A stretch of 64,000 bases of DNA from Thermoanaerobaculia bacterium (GTDB lineage: Bacteria; Acidobacteriota; Thermoanaerobaculia; Multivoradales; JAGPDF01): assembly GCA_039932315.1 (NCBI GenBank), contig JBDTQG010000006.1, positions 10,160 through 74,159 on the forward strand. Reading direction: 5' to 3'. The translations under genes were made by a program, and so were the position numbers. The first letter of the stretch is position 1. Each line of letters starts with the position of its first letter. The notes below the pieces were generated by a model. It made no database searches and was not told the DNA's origin. It worked only from the letters and a program-made list of their open reading frames with translations. Shown here piece by piece: positions 10,798 to 20,013 of the stretch.

Positions 10798-12768
10798 GTG
10801 CCTCTGGAGTCTTCCATGCTCAAGGTTTTTCGCGACAACCTGAAGTACCTCTCCTGGATCCTCTGGGTCGTCATCATCATTTTCATCGCCTTCGTCTTCG
10901 TCGACTTCGGCGGCGGTCTTTCCCGCGGCAAAGGGGCGACCAACGGGGCGGCGACGATCGGCTCCGACCACATCTCGATGGCCGAGTTCGAACGCGAGTA
11001 CCGGCGCCTCGATGCGCAGTACCGCCAGGCCTTCGGCGAGAACTTCACGCCCGAGATCGCCAAACAGATGAAGCTCCCGCTGCAGGCGCTCGACCGGCTC
11101 GTCGATCAGCGGCTGCTGCTCAACGAAGCCGACGACCGCGGTCTCACCGCCTCCGACAGCGAGGTGCAGGACGCGATCTTCGAAATCCCCGGAATGAAGG
11201 GCCCGAGCGGCGATTTCGTCGGCGACGAGACCTACAAGCGTTTCGTGCGCTCGAACGGCTATTCCGTGCGCGAGTTCGAGGACGCGATCCGCCGCCAGAT
11301 CGTCCTCACCAAACTGAACGTCATCTTCTCTTCGACGGTCGCGATCTCCGACGCCGAAGTCGAGCGTGCCTACCGCGATCAGGCCGACACCGCCGCGATC
11401 CGCTTCGTCGTTCTGCCGGCGAACGGCTTCCAGACTCAGGCCACGGTATCCGATGCCGAAGTGGCGAGCTTCTTCCAGAGCCACGCGGACGACTTCCGTC
11501 TGCCGGTGCAGCGGGTCGTCAACTACCTGCTCATCGACTCGGTGCGGACGCGCGCCAAGATCAACCCCGAACCCGCCGAGCTGCAGAGCTACTACGGCGC
11601 GCACAGCGACGAATTCAAGCAGGAAGAACAGGTCCACGCGCGTCACATCCTGCTCAAGGTCGACGACAAGCGCACCGACGCCGCCGCGGAGAGCCAGCTC
11701 TCGGCGATTCGCAAGCGGATCGAAGGGGGCGAGGATTTCGCCAAAGTCGCGGGTGAGGTTTCCGACGATCCGGGTTCCAAGGCGCGCGGTGGCGATCTCG
11801 GCTTCTTCGGCCGCGGCCGGATGATCAAGGAGTTCGAGGACGCCGCATTCGGCGCCGCACTCGGAACGATGGTCGGTCCGATCAAGACCAGCTTCGGTTA
11901 CCACCTGATCCAGGTGATCGAGAAGCACGACGCGGGTCAGCGGCCGTTCGCCGAAGTCGAGGCGCAGGTGCGCACGCGCCTCGCCGCCGAGCGCGCGGAC
12001 GCAGCGGCAGAAGCGAAGGCGACGGAGCTCGCTACGCGAATCGCCAGCGAGAAGCTCACCACCGAGGCGCAGCTCAAGGCGCTCGCGGACAACGACACGG
12101 TTTCGTTCGTGACCACGCCGGCATTCGGTCGTGAAGAGGTGGTTCCGGGTGTCGGCCGTGGCACGCCGTTCTCCGCGGCGGCATTCGCGCTCGAGCCGGG
12201 GAAGGTCTCGACACCGGTGAAGATCGCGCGCGGCTTCGCGATCCTCTCGCTGGTGCAGGAGAACCCGGAGCGCTCGCCGACGCTCGCCGAAGTCGAACCC
12301 CGCGTCCGGCCGGCGGCAATGCGCGCCAAGGCCGGACAGCTCGCGCTCGCGCGCCTCACCCAGGCTCGCGGCGAGCTCGCCTCGGGACGCACCCTTGACG
12401 AGGTCGCGAAGGAGCTCGGTGTCGAAGCGAAGGACAGTGGCGACTTCGGCCGCGGCGGGAACGTGGCCGGGATCGCCGATTCGCGCGCCGTCATCGACGC
12501 TGCGCTCGCGGCGAAGAGCGGCGACATCGGAACGCCGGTGCTCACCGATCAGGGAGCCATCCTGTTCCAGGTCACGAAGCGCACTGGATTCGATGCCGCA
12601 GCGTTCGCAACGGCTCGCGTCGAAACCCGCGAGAACCTCGAAAAGAACGAGGTCAATCGCCTGCTGGGATCGATCATCGAGCAGAAGAAGCACGAGACCA
12701 AGGTCCAGTACGACAAGACCCTGCTCGAGCGCTTCGGGCTGGTCGGAGACGACGCGAAGGGAACCTAG
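10798..12768 (+). CDS. ppiD: Periplasmic chaperone PpiD-like (SurA-N plus parvulin PPIase domain)
   Basis: N-terminal TM anchor (YLSWILWVVIIIFIAFVFV). Single PpiC/parvulin domain HARHILLKV...GGDLGFFGRGRMIKEFEDAAF...GYHLIQV. Length 656 aa, comparable to PpiD. Confidence 0.75.
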   Translation: MPLESSMLKVFRDNLKYLSWILWVVIIIFIAFVFVDFGGGLSRGKGATNGAATIGSDHISMAEFEREYRRLDAQYRQAFGENFTPEIAKQMKLPLQALDRLVDQRLLLNEADDRGLTASDSEVQDAIFEIPGMKGPSGDFVGDETYKRFVRSNGYSVREFEDAIRRQIVLTKLNVIFSSTVAISDAEVERAYRDQADTAAIRFVVLPANGFQTQATVSDAEVASFFQSHADDFRLPVQRVVNYLLIDSVRTRAKINPEPAELQSYYGAHSDEFKQEEQVHARHILLKVDDKRTDAAAESQLSAIRKRIEGGEDFAKVAGEVSDDPGSKARGGDLGFFGRGRMIKEFEDAAFGAALGTMVGPIKTSFGYHLIQVIEKHDAGQRPFAEVEAQVRTRLAAERADAAAEAKATELATRIASEKLTTEAQLKALADNDTVSFVTTPAFGREEVVPGVGRGTPFSAAAFALEPGKVSTPVKIARGFAILSLVQENPERSPTLAEVEPRVRPAAMRAKAGQLALARLTQARGELASGRTLDEVAKELGVEAKDSGDFGRGGNVAGIADSRAVIDAALAAKSGDIGTPVLTDQGAILFQVTKRTGFDAAAFATARVETRENLEKNEVNRLLGSIIEQKKHETKVQYDKTLLERFGLVGDDAKGT

Positions 12769-12794
12769 GGTCTTTCGCTTCGCCAAGTTCCCGG

Positions 12795-12829
12795 GAGCCG
12801 GAAAGAACTCTTTCCGGCTCTTTTTGTTT
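12795..12829 (+). terminator. Rho-independent terminator of ppiD
   Basis: Perfect hairpin GAGCCGGAAAG-aactc-TTTCCGGCTC followed by TTTTTGTTT, 27 nt after the ppiD stop. Confidence 0.7.
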
Positions 12830-12865
12830 CATCCGCCCGCGCTGCCCCGGCGCTAGACTTCTCTC

Positions 12866-13987
12866 ATGCACTTCGAAACCCTCGCCGTCCACGCCGGCGG
12901 CGAGCCCGACCCCGACACCGGGGCGGTCTCGCCACCGATTCACCTCGCCACGACATTCGTTCACGGCCCGGAATGCGAGCCGCTTTTCACGCACGCCTAC
13001 CAGCGCGAGGGCAATCCGACGCAGGATCGCCTCGAGACCGCGCTCGCAGCCCTCGAAGGCGGGGAAGCAGCGCTCGCCTTCGCTTCCGGAATGGCCGCGA
13101 CGGCGACCTTTCTCGAGTCGCTGCCGGCAGGGACGACCGTCGCTTTCCATCGCGACGTCTATTCGGGTGTCCGCAGTCTCGCGACCGACTTCCTCCCGCG
13201 CTGGGGAATGCACGCGCTGTTCGTCGATCTCGGCGATCGCGCGGAGCTCGCGAAGGCTTTCGCCGCCGGAACGACCTGGCTCTGGGCGGAGAGCCCGACG
13301 AATCCCCAGCTGGAGATTCTCGATCTCGCCAGGCTCGCGGTCGACGCGCATGCCGCCGGCGCTCGTCTTCTCGTCGATGGCACTTTCGCGACGCCGGCGC
13401 TTCAGCGTCCCCTCGCGCTCGGTGCCGATGTCGTGTTGCACTCGACGACCAAGTACATCAGCGGGCACAGCGACGTCCTCGGCGGAGCGTTGGTGTTTGC
13501 GCGTCGCGACGGCGACTACGAAGCCGTCGCCTCGGCACGGCGCCGGCTGGGCGGAACCGCGAGTCCGTTCAGCTCGTGGCTGGTCCTCCGCGGTCTCCGT
13601 TCGCTCGCCTGCCGCATGGAGCGCCACTCGGCGAATGCTCTCGCGGTTTCGCGCGGGCTCGCCGGGCACCCGGCGCTCGCCGATGTCGTCTATCCCGGGC
13701 TCGAGGCGCATCCCGGCCACGAGATCGCGCGCCGCCAGATGAGGGCCTACGGCGGCATGATCGCCCTGCGGGTTGCGGGAGGCCGGAAAGGTGCGGTCGG
13801 AGTGGCGTCACGGCTCAAGCTGTTTCTCAATGCGACGAGTCTCGGCGGCCCGGAAAGTCTGGTCGAACATCGCGCTTCGAGCGATGGACCCGGAACGACC
13901 ACGCCCGAAGATCTCCTGCGACTCTCGATCGGTCTCGAGCATCCCGACGATCTGCTCGCCGACCTGCGACAGGCGCTCGATCGGTGA
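12866..13987 (+). CDS. Cys/Met-metabolism PLP-dependent enzyme (cystathionine gamma-synthase/beta-lyase family)
   Basis: FASGMAAT...DVVLHSTTKYISGHSDVLGG, the PLP-lysine motif of the MetB/MetC/MetZ family. The MetB/MetC/MetZ sub-class cannot be resolved from sequence alone. Confidence 0.85.
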   Translation: MHFETLAVHAGGEPDPDTGAVSPPIHLATTFVHGPECEPLFTHAYQREGNPTQDRLETALAALEGGEAALAFASGMAATATFLESLPAGTTVAFHRDVYSGVRSLATDFLPRWGMHALFVDLGDRAELAKAFAAGTTWLWAESPTNPQLEILDLARLAVDAHAAGARLLVDGTFATPALQRPLALGADVVLHSTTKYISGHSDVLGGALVFARRDGDYEAVASARRRLGGTASPFSSWLVLRGLRSLACRMERHSANALAVSRGLAGHPALADVVYPGLEAHPGHEIARRQMRAYGGMIALRVAGGRKGAVGVASRLKLFLNATSLGGPESLVEHRASSDGPGTTTPEDLLRLSIGLEHPDDLLADLRQALDR

Positions 13988-14000
13988 TGGGGGTCCGCCG

Positions 14001-14597
14001 ATGATCGGCTGGCTCTCCGGCAAGGTCGTCCAGGCGGCGCCCGACCGCCTGATCCTCGACGTCGGTGGCGTCGGGTATCTCGTCGCCGTGCCGCTTTCGA
14101 CCTATTACGAGGTGCAGAAGGCCGAGGCCGGGAGCGTCGTCCGGCTGTTCATTCACACCCACGTGCGCGAGGACGCGCTCGCGCTCTACGGATTCTGGAC
14201 GGAGCGCGAGAAGGAGCTTTTCGAACGCCTGATCGCGGTTTCAGGGATCGGTCCGCGGCTCGCTCAGGTTGTGCTCTCCGGAATGGCTCCCGACGAGCTC
14301 ATCGCCGCGCTCGCGGCCGGCGACGTCGCGAAGCTCGTGCGCATCCCCGGCGTCGGCAAGAAGACCGCGGAACGGATGGTCGTCGAGTTGCGCGACAAGC
14401 TGCAGGCGCTCGCGGCACAGCTCCCGGCGGCGCGCGCGACGGCGGCTTCCGACGACGATCTCGTCGCGGCGCTGGTCAATCTCGGCTACAAACCGGCTCT
14501 CGCCGAAGGCGCCGTCGGCGCGGCCCGAAAGGATTCTCCTGACGCCGCCTTTCACGAGCTGCTGCGGCTCGCGCTGCGCCGGCTGTCGCGCGTCTGA
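14001..14597 (+). CDS. ruvA: Holliday junction DNA helicase RuvA
   Basis: MIGWLSGKVVQAAPDRLILDVGGVGYLVAVP...LIAVSGIGPRLAQVVLS...LVRIPGVGKKTAERMVVEL (OB fold plus two HhH motifs). The start was set at the internal ATG at 14001, not the track start at 13773. Confidence 0.9.
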   Translation: MIGWLSGKVVQAAPDRLILDVGGVGYLVAVPLSTYYEVQKAEAGSVVRLFIHTHVREDALALYGFWTEREKELFERLIAVSGIGPRLAQVVLSGMAPDELIAALAAGDVAKLVRIPGVGKKTAERMVVELRDKLQALAAQLPAARATAASDDDLVAALVNLGYKPALAEGAVGAARKDSPDAAFHELLRLALRRLSRV

Positions 14598-14600
14598 GGG

Positions 14601-14713
14601 AGCGGAGCCGTCTCATCGTTCAGCTCCGCTCAGAGCGGAACCGTCTCATCGTTCAGCTCCGCTCAGAGCGGAACCGTCTCATCGTTCAGCTCCGCTCAGA
14701 GCGGAGCTACGGG
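14601..14713. repeat. Three tandem 33-nt units of dyad symmetry (REP-like hairpin array)
   Basis: GAGCGGA(A/G)CCGTCTCATCGTTCAGCTCCGCTCA x3 plus a partial fourth. Each unit carries GAGCGGA...TCCGCTC inverted repeats. The array lies between the convergent ruvA stop (14597) and the AraC-family gene stop (14696). Confidence 0.7.
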
Positions 14714-15658
14714 GATGCAGAGCTCGCATTCGAAGCGGCCGGTCGAAGGGTCGTAGCTTGCGGTTGTCGGATAGTGCTCGAACATCGGCCGTGCGTCGAG
14801 CTGCAGCCCGCTCGCTGGCAGCCAGTCGCGCAGCAATCCTTCCCAGGCTTCGACGATCTCTTCTCCGCGCCCATGAAACGCGAGCGCGGCATAGCGCCCT
14901 CCGGGCAGAATCGATCGCTGCGGGTGGCTCGAGAGAACCTGCTCCGGCGCGACCTCGGCCGCAGCGTCATAGCGGCATTTCTCATCTGCGGTCACTCCCG
15001 GGTCGTCGAGGCTGATGCCATAGCGCACGCGGTCGAGCAATCCGTTCTCGAGCGCCCACGGGTAGTAGGTGTTCTGCCAGAAATCCGAAACACCCTCTCC
15101 GTAGGGTCCGACGTAGCGCAGGTAGGCAATCGGGACAGGCTGACGATCGACGAGTTTGACGTTCATGGCGGTCTCCGGTCGGTGCTGCGTGGAGAGACCA
15201 TCCTTTTCGATCCGGCCGCTCGCTGCCGGACCGCCCTTGCTTCCAACCTGTCCGGAATTGCTCTTGTCCGTGCCTCCCTTGCTCTTTTCGTCTCGCACCG
15301 CAACTTCCGCGGCGCGCCAAGCCGAGGGTGAGGCGCCGTAGCGCTGCCGGAAGGCGCGGGTGAAGGCTTCCGCCGAACCGAAGCCGACGGCGAGCGCGAC
15401 ATCGAGCACCCGGGTGCGCGGTTGCGAGATCAGCCGCAGGGCTCCGCTCTCGATCCGCCGGCGACGCAGATAGTCACCCGGCGTTTCCCCGAACCAGGCG
15501 GTGAAGAGGCGATGAAAATGAAAGGGCGAGAAACAGGCGACGCCTGCGAGCGTCTCGAGATCGAGAGGCGCGTCGAGATGCCGGTCGATGTGCCCGATCA
15601 CCCGATGCATCCGGTCTTCGTACTCGGAACGGCTGTCGCGCGGACGACCGACTCTCAT
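14696..15658 (-). CDS. AraC-family transcriptional regulator with C-terminal GyrI-like effector-binding domain
   Basis: AraC HTH region HRVIGHIDRHLDAPLDLETLAGVACFSPFHFHRLF...AFRQRYGASPSAWR, followed by a GyrI-like domain. Start chosen at MRVGRP (AGGA ~13 nt upstream); the track ORF extends further upstream. Confidence 0.7.
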   Translation of the reverse strand: MRVGRPRDSRSEYEDRMHRVIGHIDRHLDAPLDLETLAGVACFSPFHFHRLFTAWFGETPGDYLRRRRIESGALRLISQPRTRVLDVALAVGFGSAEAFTRAFRQRYGASPSAWRAAEVAVRDEKSKGGTDKSNSGQVGSKGGPAASGRIEKDGLSTQHRPETAMNVKLVDRQPVPIAYLRYVGPYGEGVSDFWQNTYYPWALENGLLDRVRYGISLDDPGVTADEKCRYDAAAEVAPEQVLSSHPQRSILPGGRYAALAFHGRGEEIVEAWEGLLRDWLPASGLQLDARPMFEHYPTTASYDPSTGRFECELCIPVAPL

Positions 15659-15839
15659 CGACCCGCATCCTAAAACTTCGCAGGGCATCGCGGAACCGTC
15701 GCAGCGCTGCCCGCCTGGGCGTGACGAAGCGCGCCGGCCGCATGGACGCGAGGCAGGTCGCGTCGAGGTCCACTGCCGATCGGCGCCTGGCGCGAAACAT
15801 GCCGGTACAGGCGCGCGTATTCCTGGAGAGGGAGTCACC

Positions 15840-16331
15840 ATGTCCCAGCATTTTCGAGCGGCGACGCTCGTCGCCTGTTTCTTCTGCAGCGGAGGCGCGG
15901 CGCTCCTGGCCGCTGAGGCCGCTGCGCCGGCCCTGCCGGCCCTGCCGGCGACCGCGCTTCACGACGAGATCCTGCGGCTCGACAGCGAGATGTTCAAGGC
16001 CTTCAATGCCCATGACTCCCGCGCGCTCATGGCTTTCTTCGCGAGCGACCTCGAGTTCTACCATGACAAGGGCGGCTTGCAGACCTACGCCGAGGTCGAT
16101 GCCGGTTTCCAGCGCATGTTCGCGCAGGGTAATGGCATCCAGCGCGAGCTCGTCGCCGGCACCTTCGAGGTCTATCCCGTCCCCGGCTTCGGAGCGATGG
16201 AGACCGGTTCGCATCGTTTCTGCCACGTCGAGAACGGCCAGAATGAGTGTGGAACCTTTCAGTTCCTGCAGATCTGGAAGCAGGACGGCGCCAGCTGGAA
16301 AGTCACGCGCGTCATGAGCTACGGCCACTGA
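15840..16331 (+). CDS. Secreted NTF2-like (SnoaL/DUF4440-type) domain protein
   Basis: Signal peptide MSQHFRAATLVACFFCSGGAALLAAEAAA, then a ~130-aa cone-shaped α+β NTF2-like region. Strong SD (GGAGAGGGAG) upstream of the ATG at 15840. Confidence 0.55.
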   Translation: MSQHFRAATLVACFFCSGGAALLAAEAAAPALPALPATALHDEILRLDSEMFKAFNAHDSRALMAFFASDLEFYHDKGGLQTYAEVDAGFQRMFAQGNGIQRELVAGTFEVYPVPGFGAMETGSHRFCHVENGQNECGTFQFLQIWKQDGASWKVTRVMSYGH

Positions 16332-16346
16332 CATCGACCGGTCGGG

Positions 16347-16859
16347 CTACTCTTTCGGCGGCACCTTCGTCGCCTGCCACGTGACGGCCTGCCACTGACC
16401 GTGGCGGTAGAGAAACGTTCCGCTGTTGCGGTAGAACTGCACCGAACCGTCCGGGTTTTTCGCTACCAGACGGAAGGTGAGCGCCGCGGTGTCGCCGTAA
16501 GGACGAACGAGAATGTCCTCCGCGCTGTAGACCGCCTCCGGCTCGGGCGCTTTGCCGGTCTCTGCCTTGGGCGGCTCATCGAAGGACTTCAGAATGTCCG
16601 CCTTGCTCATCACGACGGCGCCCGAGCTCGTGTAGACGAGATCGTCGGCCCAGAAGCGCTCGTGCCCGGAGCGCTGGCCGTTCACCTGCGGCGTCAGGAA
16701 GTCATGGAGCAGCGCGGTGATCTCGGTCCGTGTCTTCTCGTCGGCGGCGGAGGATGGAGCCGCGGTGGCGCCCCGGAGAACCGTGGCGGATGAGACGAGC
16801 GCGACCAGAGCGACCAGAGCGAGCGCGAGGCGATGGGGGCGACGACGGGCGTTGAGCAT
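16347..16859 (-). CDS. Secreted NTF2-like (DUF4440/SnoaL-like) domain protein
   Basis: Signal peptide (LALALVALVALVSSATVLRGATA), then an NTF2-like domain. Convergent with the preceding NTF2-like gene. Confidence 0.55.
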   Translation of the reverse strand: MLNARRRPHRLALALVALVALVSSATVLRGATAAPSSAADEKTRTEITALLHDFLTPQVNGQRSGHERFWADDLVYTSSGAVVMSKADILKSFDEPPKAETGKAPEPEAVYSAEDILVRPYGDTAALTFRLVAKNPDGSVQFYRNSGTFLYRHGQWQAVTWQATKVPPKE

Positions 16860-16921
16860 GACGGTCTCCTCCCCGTCATGCTACTGGACGGACGGTCGCG
16901 GGGACTGCGATCGCACCGTCG

Positions 16922-17596
16922 TCAGAGACCGATCGCCGTCGACCAGTGGCAGGCACCGCCGCTCTCCGTCTCGAATCCGTCGACGTAGATCCGCGGCTGG
17001 ATGCCGAGATAAAGGCGGTCGATCTCGACGACGAACTGCGGTACGTCGACCGTCATCGGATTCGCATCAACCACGAACGCCACAGCCTGCGCCGAGGCGG
17101 CCAGCGTCACCGTTCCGCCGATCGAGTTCCAGGTTCCCGACGGATTGGCGAAGACGGGAGCCGAGAATCCAAGGTTTGTCGAGCAAGTCGGGTCGCTGAA
17201 CTGCTGGATCGCGAGCCGGGTCCAGACGTTGGCGATCGTGCGGTAGAGAGCGCCGATTTCGAGCGTCGGCGTCGCCACCGGATCGACCGGAATGCACTCG
17301 TGCGAGTACATGGCGAAGTACTGGCTCGAGGCCGACTGGGCGGACATCGCGAGCCCCGCGTTCGAGCCCGGACAGCCGCCCGAATCGAGAGTCAGCGACA
17401 AACTCCCGGGGCCCACCGACCAGTCACCCGGCACCGAGCCCGGATCGAACTCGCCGTTGGTGATCAGGTTCTGCGCGGAGGCGGCATTCAGACAACTGAG
17501 TACGGCGAGAACGCTCAGACCGACACTCTGGCAGCGGAACGGGCGAATCGAGCGGAACGAGCGGAACGAGCGGAACGAGCGGAACGACCGGAACAT
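16922..17596 (-). CDS. Secreted CBM4_9/galactose-binding-like domain protein ending in the GFExG-x4-W C-terminal tail
   Basis: Start at MFRSFRSFRSFRSFRSIRPFRCQSVGLSVLAVLSCLNAASAQ (signal peptide). The mature N-terminus NLITNGEFDPGSVPGDWS resembles a CBM4_9 first strand. The C-terminus is IYVDGFETESGGACHWSTAIGL*. Confidence 0.55.
   Translation of the reverse strand: MFRSFRSFRSFRSFRSIRPFRCQSVGLSVLAVLSCLNAASAQNLITNGEFDPGSVPGDWSVGPGSLSLTLDSGGCPGSNAGLAMSAQSASSQYFAMYSHECIPVDPVATPTLEIGALYRTIANVWTRLAIQQFSDPTCSTNLGFSAPVFANPSGTWNSIGGTVTLAASAQAVAFVVDANPMTVDVPQFVVEIDRLYLGIQPRIYVDGFETESGGACHWSTAIGL
17530..17596. repeat. 9-nt tandem repeat (GAGCGGAAC)x5 encoding (FRS)n at the N-terminus of a signal peptide
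   Basis: cgagcggaa cgagcggaa cgagcggaa cgagcggaa cgaccggaa immediately 3' of the ATG (minus strand). Confidence 0.8.
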
Positions 17597-17651
17597 TGGG
17601 AATCTCCTCTTCTCCGATCCGTGCAGAGAGCGGACGATTCGTATCAACCGG

Positions 17652-19274
17652 CTAGAGAACGGCAGCGCTCCAGGAGAAGGACGAACCGAGCTCGAAGCCA
17701 TCGGCGAAGAGCGCGCCGTAGAGAACGATCTCTCCTCCCGCCGCGATGCCGATGCCCTCGACCGTGCGGAAAGGTGTTCCCAGGACCAGATCCGCGCAAC
17801 CGTTGTCGTCGAAATCTCCGGCGGTGAGCGTCATCCCGACCTGCTGACCGACCTGGGCGGTGCCTGGAATTCCCGAGAAGCCGGGGGAGAGGAAGCGGAA
17901 ATAGTGCGCCAGGCCGCCGGGGCTGTCGCCGGTGAGAATCGTCACGCCGCCCCGTTCGCTCCCGGTCGCGCCGAGGTCCTCTCCCGGCTGGCCGATCGCG
18001 AGATCGTCCCGGCCGTCGCCATCGAAGTCCCCGGCGGCGAGCGCCGAACCGAAGCGGTCGCCCTCCTGCTGTGCCGCGGCGCCGAAAAGCATGCCCTGAT
18101 CGAAAGACTCCGCCGTGGAGAAATAGAGAACGGTGACCCGTCCGACCGAAAACCGCGGCTGGCCGGAAACGGTGAAGCCCACCATCGGCGCGCCGATCGC
18201 GAGATCGTCGGTGCCGTCGGCGTCGAAATCGCCGGCCGCGAGGGCCGCGCCGAAGTGGTCGCCGCTCGCCGCGCCGACGACGATCGGGCTGCGCGAGAAG
18301 TTGAGCCCGGAAGCCCCGCCGTAGATGCGCTGCACCGAGCCCGTGCTGCCGTTCTCGAACTGGACACCGATCGCGAGGTCATCCGCACCGTCGTTGTCGA
18401 AGTCACCGGCCGCGAGGACCTCACCGAAGTAGTTGGCGGAAGCGACGTTTCCCTCGACCCCCGGTTCCGCCCGCGACACGAGGTAGCCGCGAAAGGGCAG
18501 CAGTCCCGTCGCGGCGCCGTGGAAGACGGTGACCGTTCCGGCGTCGGTAAAGCCCTGGACCTCTTCGAACGGCGAACCCACCGCGAGGTCGTCGAACCCG
18601 TCGGCGTCGAAATCTCCGGCGGCGAGGCCGTTGCCGAACTGGTCGTTGTTCGCCGGCGTTCCCGGAATCCCGGCGACACCCTGTCGCAGGAACTCGGCGC
18701 CGACGAGCTCGATCTCTCCGGCGCGGCCGTAGAAGATCTCGACGCCGCCGGCCGTCGGAGCGCCGGTCTTGTTCTGCGGGATGCCGACCGCGAGGTCGTC
18801 GATCCCGTCGCCGTTGAAATCTCCCGCCGCGAGCGACCAGCCGAAGAGCTCGTTCGGCTCCGCGGGGTCGGGGCTGCCGGACGCGAGCTGCGTCAGGTAG
18901 GTGTCGGCAAGCCCGGGTTCGAGACGCCTTCCCGGCAGGCCGTAGCGGATGACGACGGCGCCCGTCCCCGGAATCGGATCGTTGACGAATCCGCTGTCGA
19001 GCGGCAGACCGGTCGCGAGGTCGTCGATGCCGTCGCCGTTGAAATCGCCGGCGACGACGGCGAGGCCGAACTGCTCGCCGGCCTCCGGCCCGTAGAAAAG
19101 AAGGTCCTCGCTCCCGAAGATCTGCGCCCCGACGCTCGACAGTCCGACGGAGGCGAGCTGCGCCGCCGCCGGACCGTTTCCCGCGGCGAAAACCAGCAGC
19201 AACGCGACGCCGTTGCAGATCGAAATCGGGATCGACGGAAACGAGCGCAGGCCGGGCAGATTTCGAGGTCGCAT
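17652..19274 (-). CDS. Secreted FG-GAP (integrin-alpha-like β-propeller) repeat protein
   Basis: Signal peptide, then at least 7 repeats of the AGDFNGDGxDDLAxG type (AGDFNGDGIDDLATG, AGDFDADGFDDLAVG, AGDFDNDGADDLAIG and others). The C-terminus is LYGALFADGFELGSSFSWSAAVL*. Confidence 0.75.
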   Translation of the reverse strand: MRPRNLPGLRSFPSIPISICNGVALLLVFAAGNGPAAAQLASVGLSSVGAQIFGSEDLLFYGPEAGEQFGLAVVAGDFNGDGIDDLATGLPLDSGFVNDPIPGTGAVVIRYGLPGRRLEPGLADTYLTQLASGSPDPAEPNELFGWSLAAGDFNGDGIDDLAVGIPQNKTGAPTAGGVEIFYGRAGEIELVGAEFLRQGVAGIPGTPANNDQFGNGLAAGDFDADGFDDLAVGSPFEEVQGFTDAGTVTVFHGAATGLLPFRGYLVSRAEPGVEGNVASANYFGEVLAAGDFDNDGADDLAIGVQFENGSTGSVQRIYGGASGLNFSRSPIVVGAASGDHFGAALAAGDFDADGTDDLAIGAPMVGFTVSGQPRFSVGRVTVLYFSTAESFDQGMLFGAAAQQEGDRFGSALAAGDFDGDGRDDLAIGQPGEDLGATGSERGGVTILTGDSPGGLAHYFRFLSPGFSGIPGTAQVGQQVGMTLTAGDFDDNGCADLVLGTPFRTVEGIGIAAGGEIVLYGALFADGFELGSSFSWSAAVL

Positions 19275-19345
19275 GCAGGACTACGCGGAAAGCGCAGCCG
19301 GCCGGGATCATCGGGCGGAGAAGCGGGCCGCTTGCGGGGAGAACT

Positions 19346-19945
19346 TCAGTCGCGGCGGCTGGCGACGAGATTCAGGTGGTGGGCGTTGTGATACTGGGTG
19401 AAAAAAAGCATCTCGCGCACGGTGAGCGGTCCGAGCAGGGGATGCGGCAGGCGGTAGCGATCGAGCGCGGGTTCCTGCCAGCGCGGGATGGCCGCCGTGA
19501 GCGCCGTCACCGCGGTGCGCCAGCGGCCGAGAACCTCGATCTGCCAGACGGCGGGATCGGCCGGAATCGGGCGTTTCGAGGGCGTGAAACGACCGGCCGA
19601 TGCCCCCTTCGCCAGTCGCGCGCGATAGAGCTCCCGGAGCTCCGGAAAGGCGCGCGACGGAGCGCTCGCACGACCGAACATCACGCGCAGCACGATCTTC
19701 GGCAGGCCGAGCGCCTTGACGACGGGAAAGGTCGACTTCGCGAGATGCCGCGTGTGATCGGCCGGCGACCACTTCTCGCCCTGGGCTCCCTGCGGTGCGA
19801 CGAACTCCGCACCGGGAATCGCCGCGAGGTAGCGCTCGGACTCCTCATGCAGCCGCACGAGCGCGGCCACGATCTCCGCACCGCTCGACGGCTCTCCGGT
19901 CGCGAACACCGGGGCTTCTCCGGCGACTTCGCCCCCTGGGGTCAT
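19346..19945 (-). CDS. DinB/YfiT-like (DinB_2) metal-dependent four-helix-bundle protein
   Basis: HTRHLAKST...FFTQYHNAHHLNLV, a His-triad pattern typical of the DinB_2 superfamily. Confidence 0.55.
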   Translation of the reverse strand: MTPGGEVAGEAPVFATGEPSSGAEIVAALVRLHEESERYLAAIPGAEFVAPQGAQGEKWSPADHTRHLAKSTFPVVKALGLPKIVLRVMFGRASAPSRAFPELRELYRARLAKGASAGRFTPSKRPIPADPAVWQIEVLGRWRTAVTALTAAIPRWQEPALDRYRLPHPLLGPLTVREMLFFTQYHNAHHLNLVASRRD

Positions 19946-20013
19946 GATCCTGTCCCCATCCGCGCTGAAACTCGGTTCGCGATGCTCACGAACTCATCCT
20001 ATCCGGGGGCCGG

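Noticed and set aside
10657-12786. 709-aa minus-strand ORF fully antisense to ppiD
   Set aside because: Arg/Glu/Leu-rich composition typical of high-GC antisense frames. It has no domain signal, while the opposite strand encodes a clear PpiD-like protein.
14601-14713. Possible CRISPR array (regular repeats)
   Set aside because: The units are directly contiguous with no spacers. There are only three copies and no cas genes. It is interpreted as a REP-like hairpin array.
17292-19391. 699-aa plus-strand ORF antisense to the FG-GAP gene
   Set aside because: Arg/Glu-rich. The opposite strand has seven clean FG-GAP repeats.
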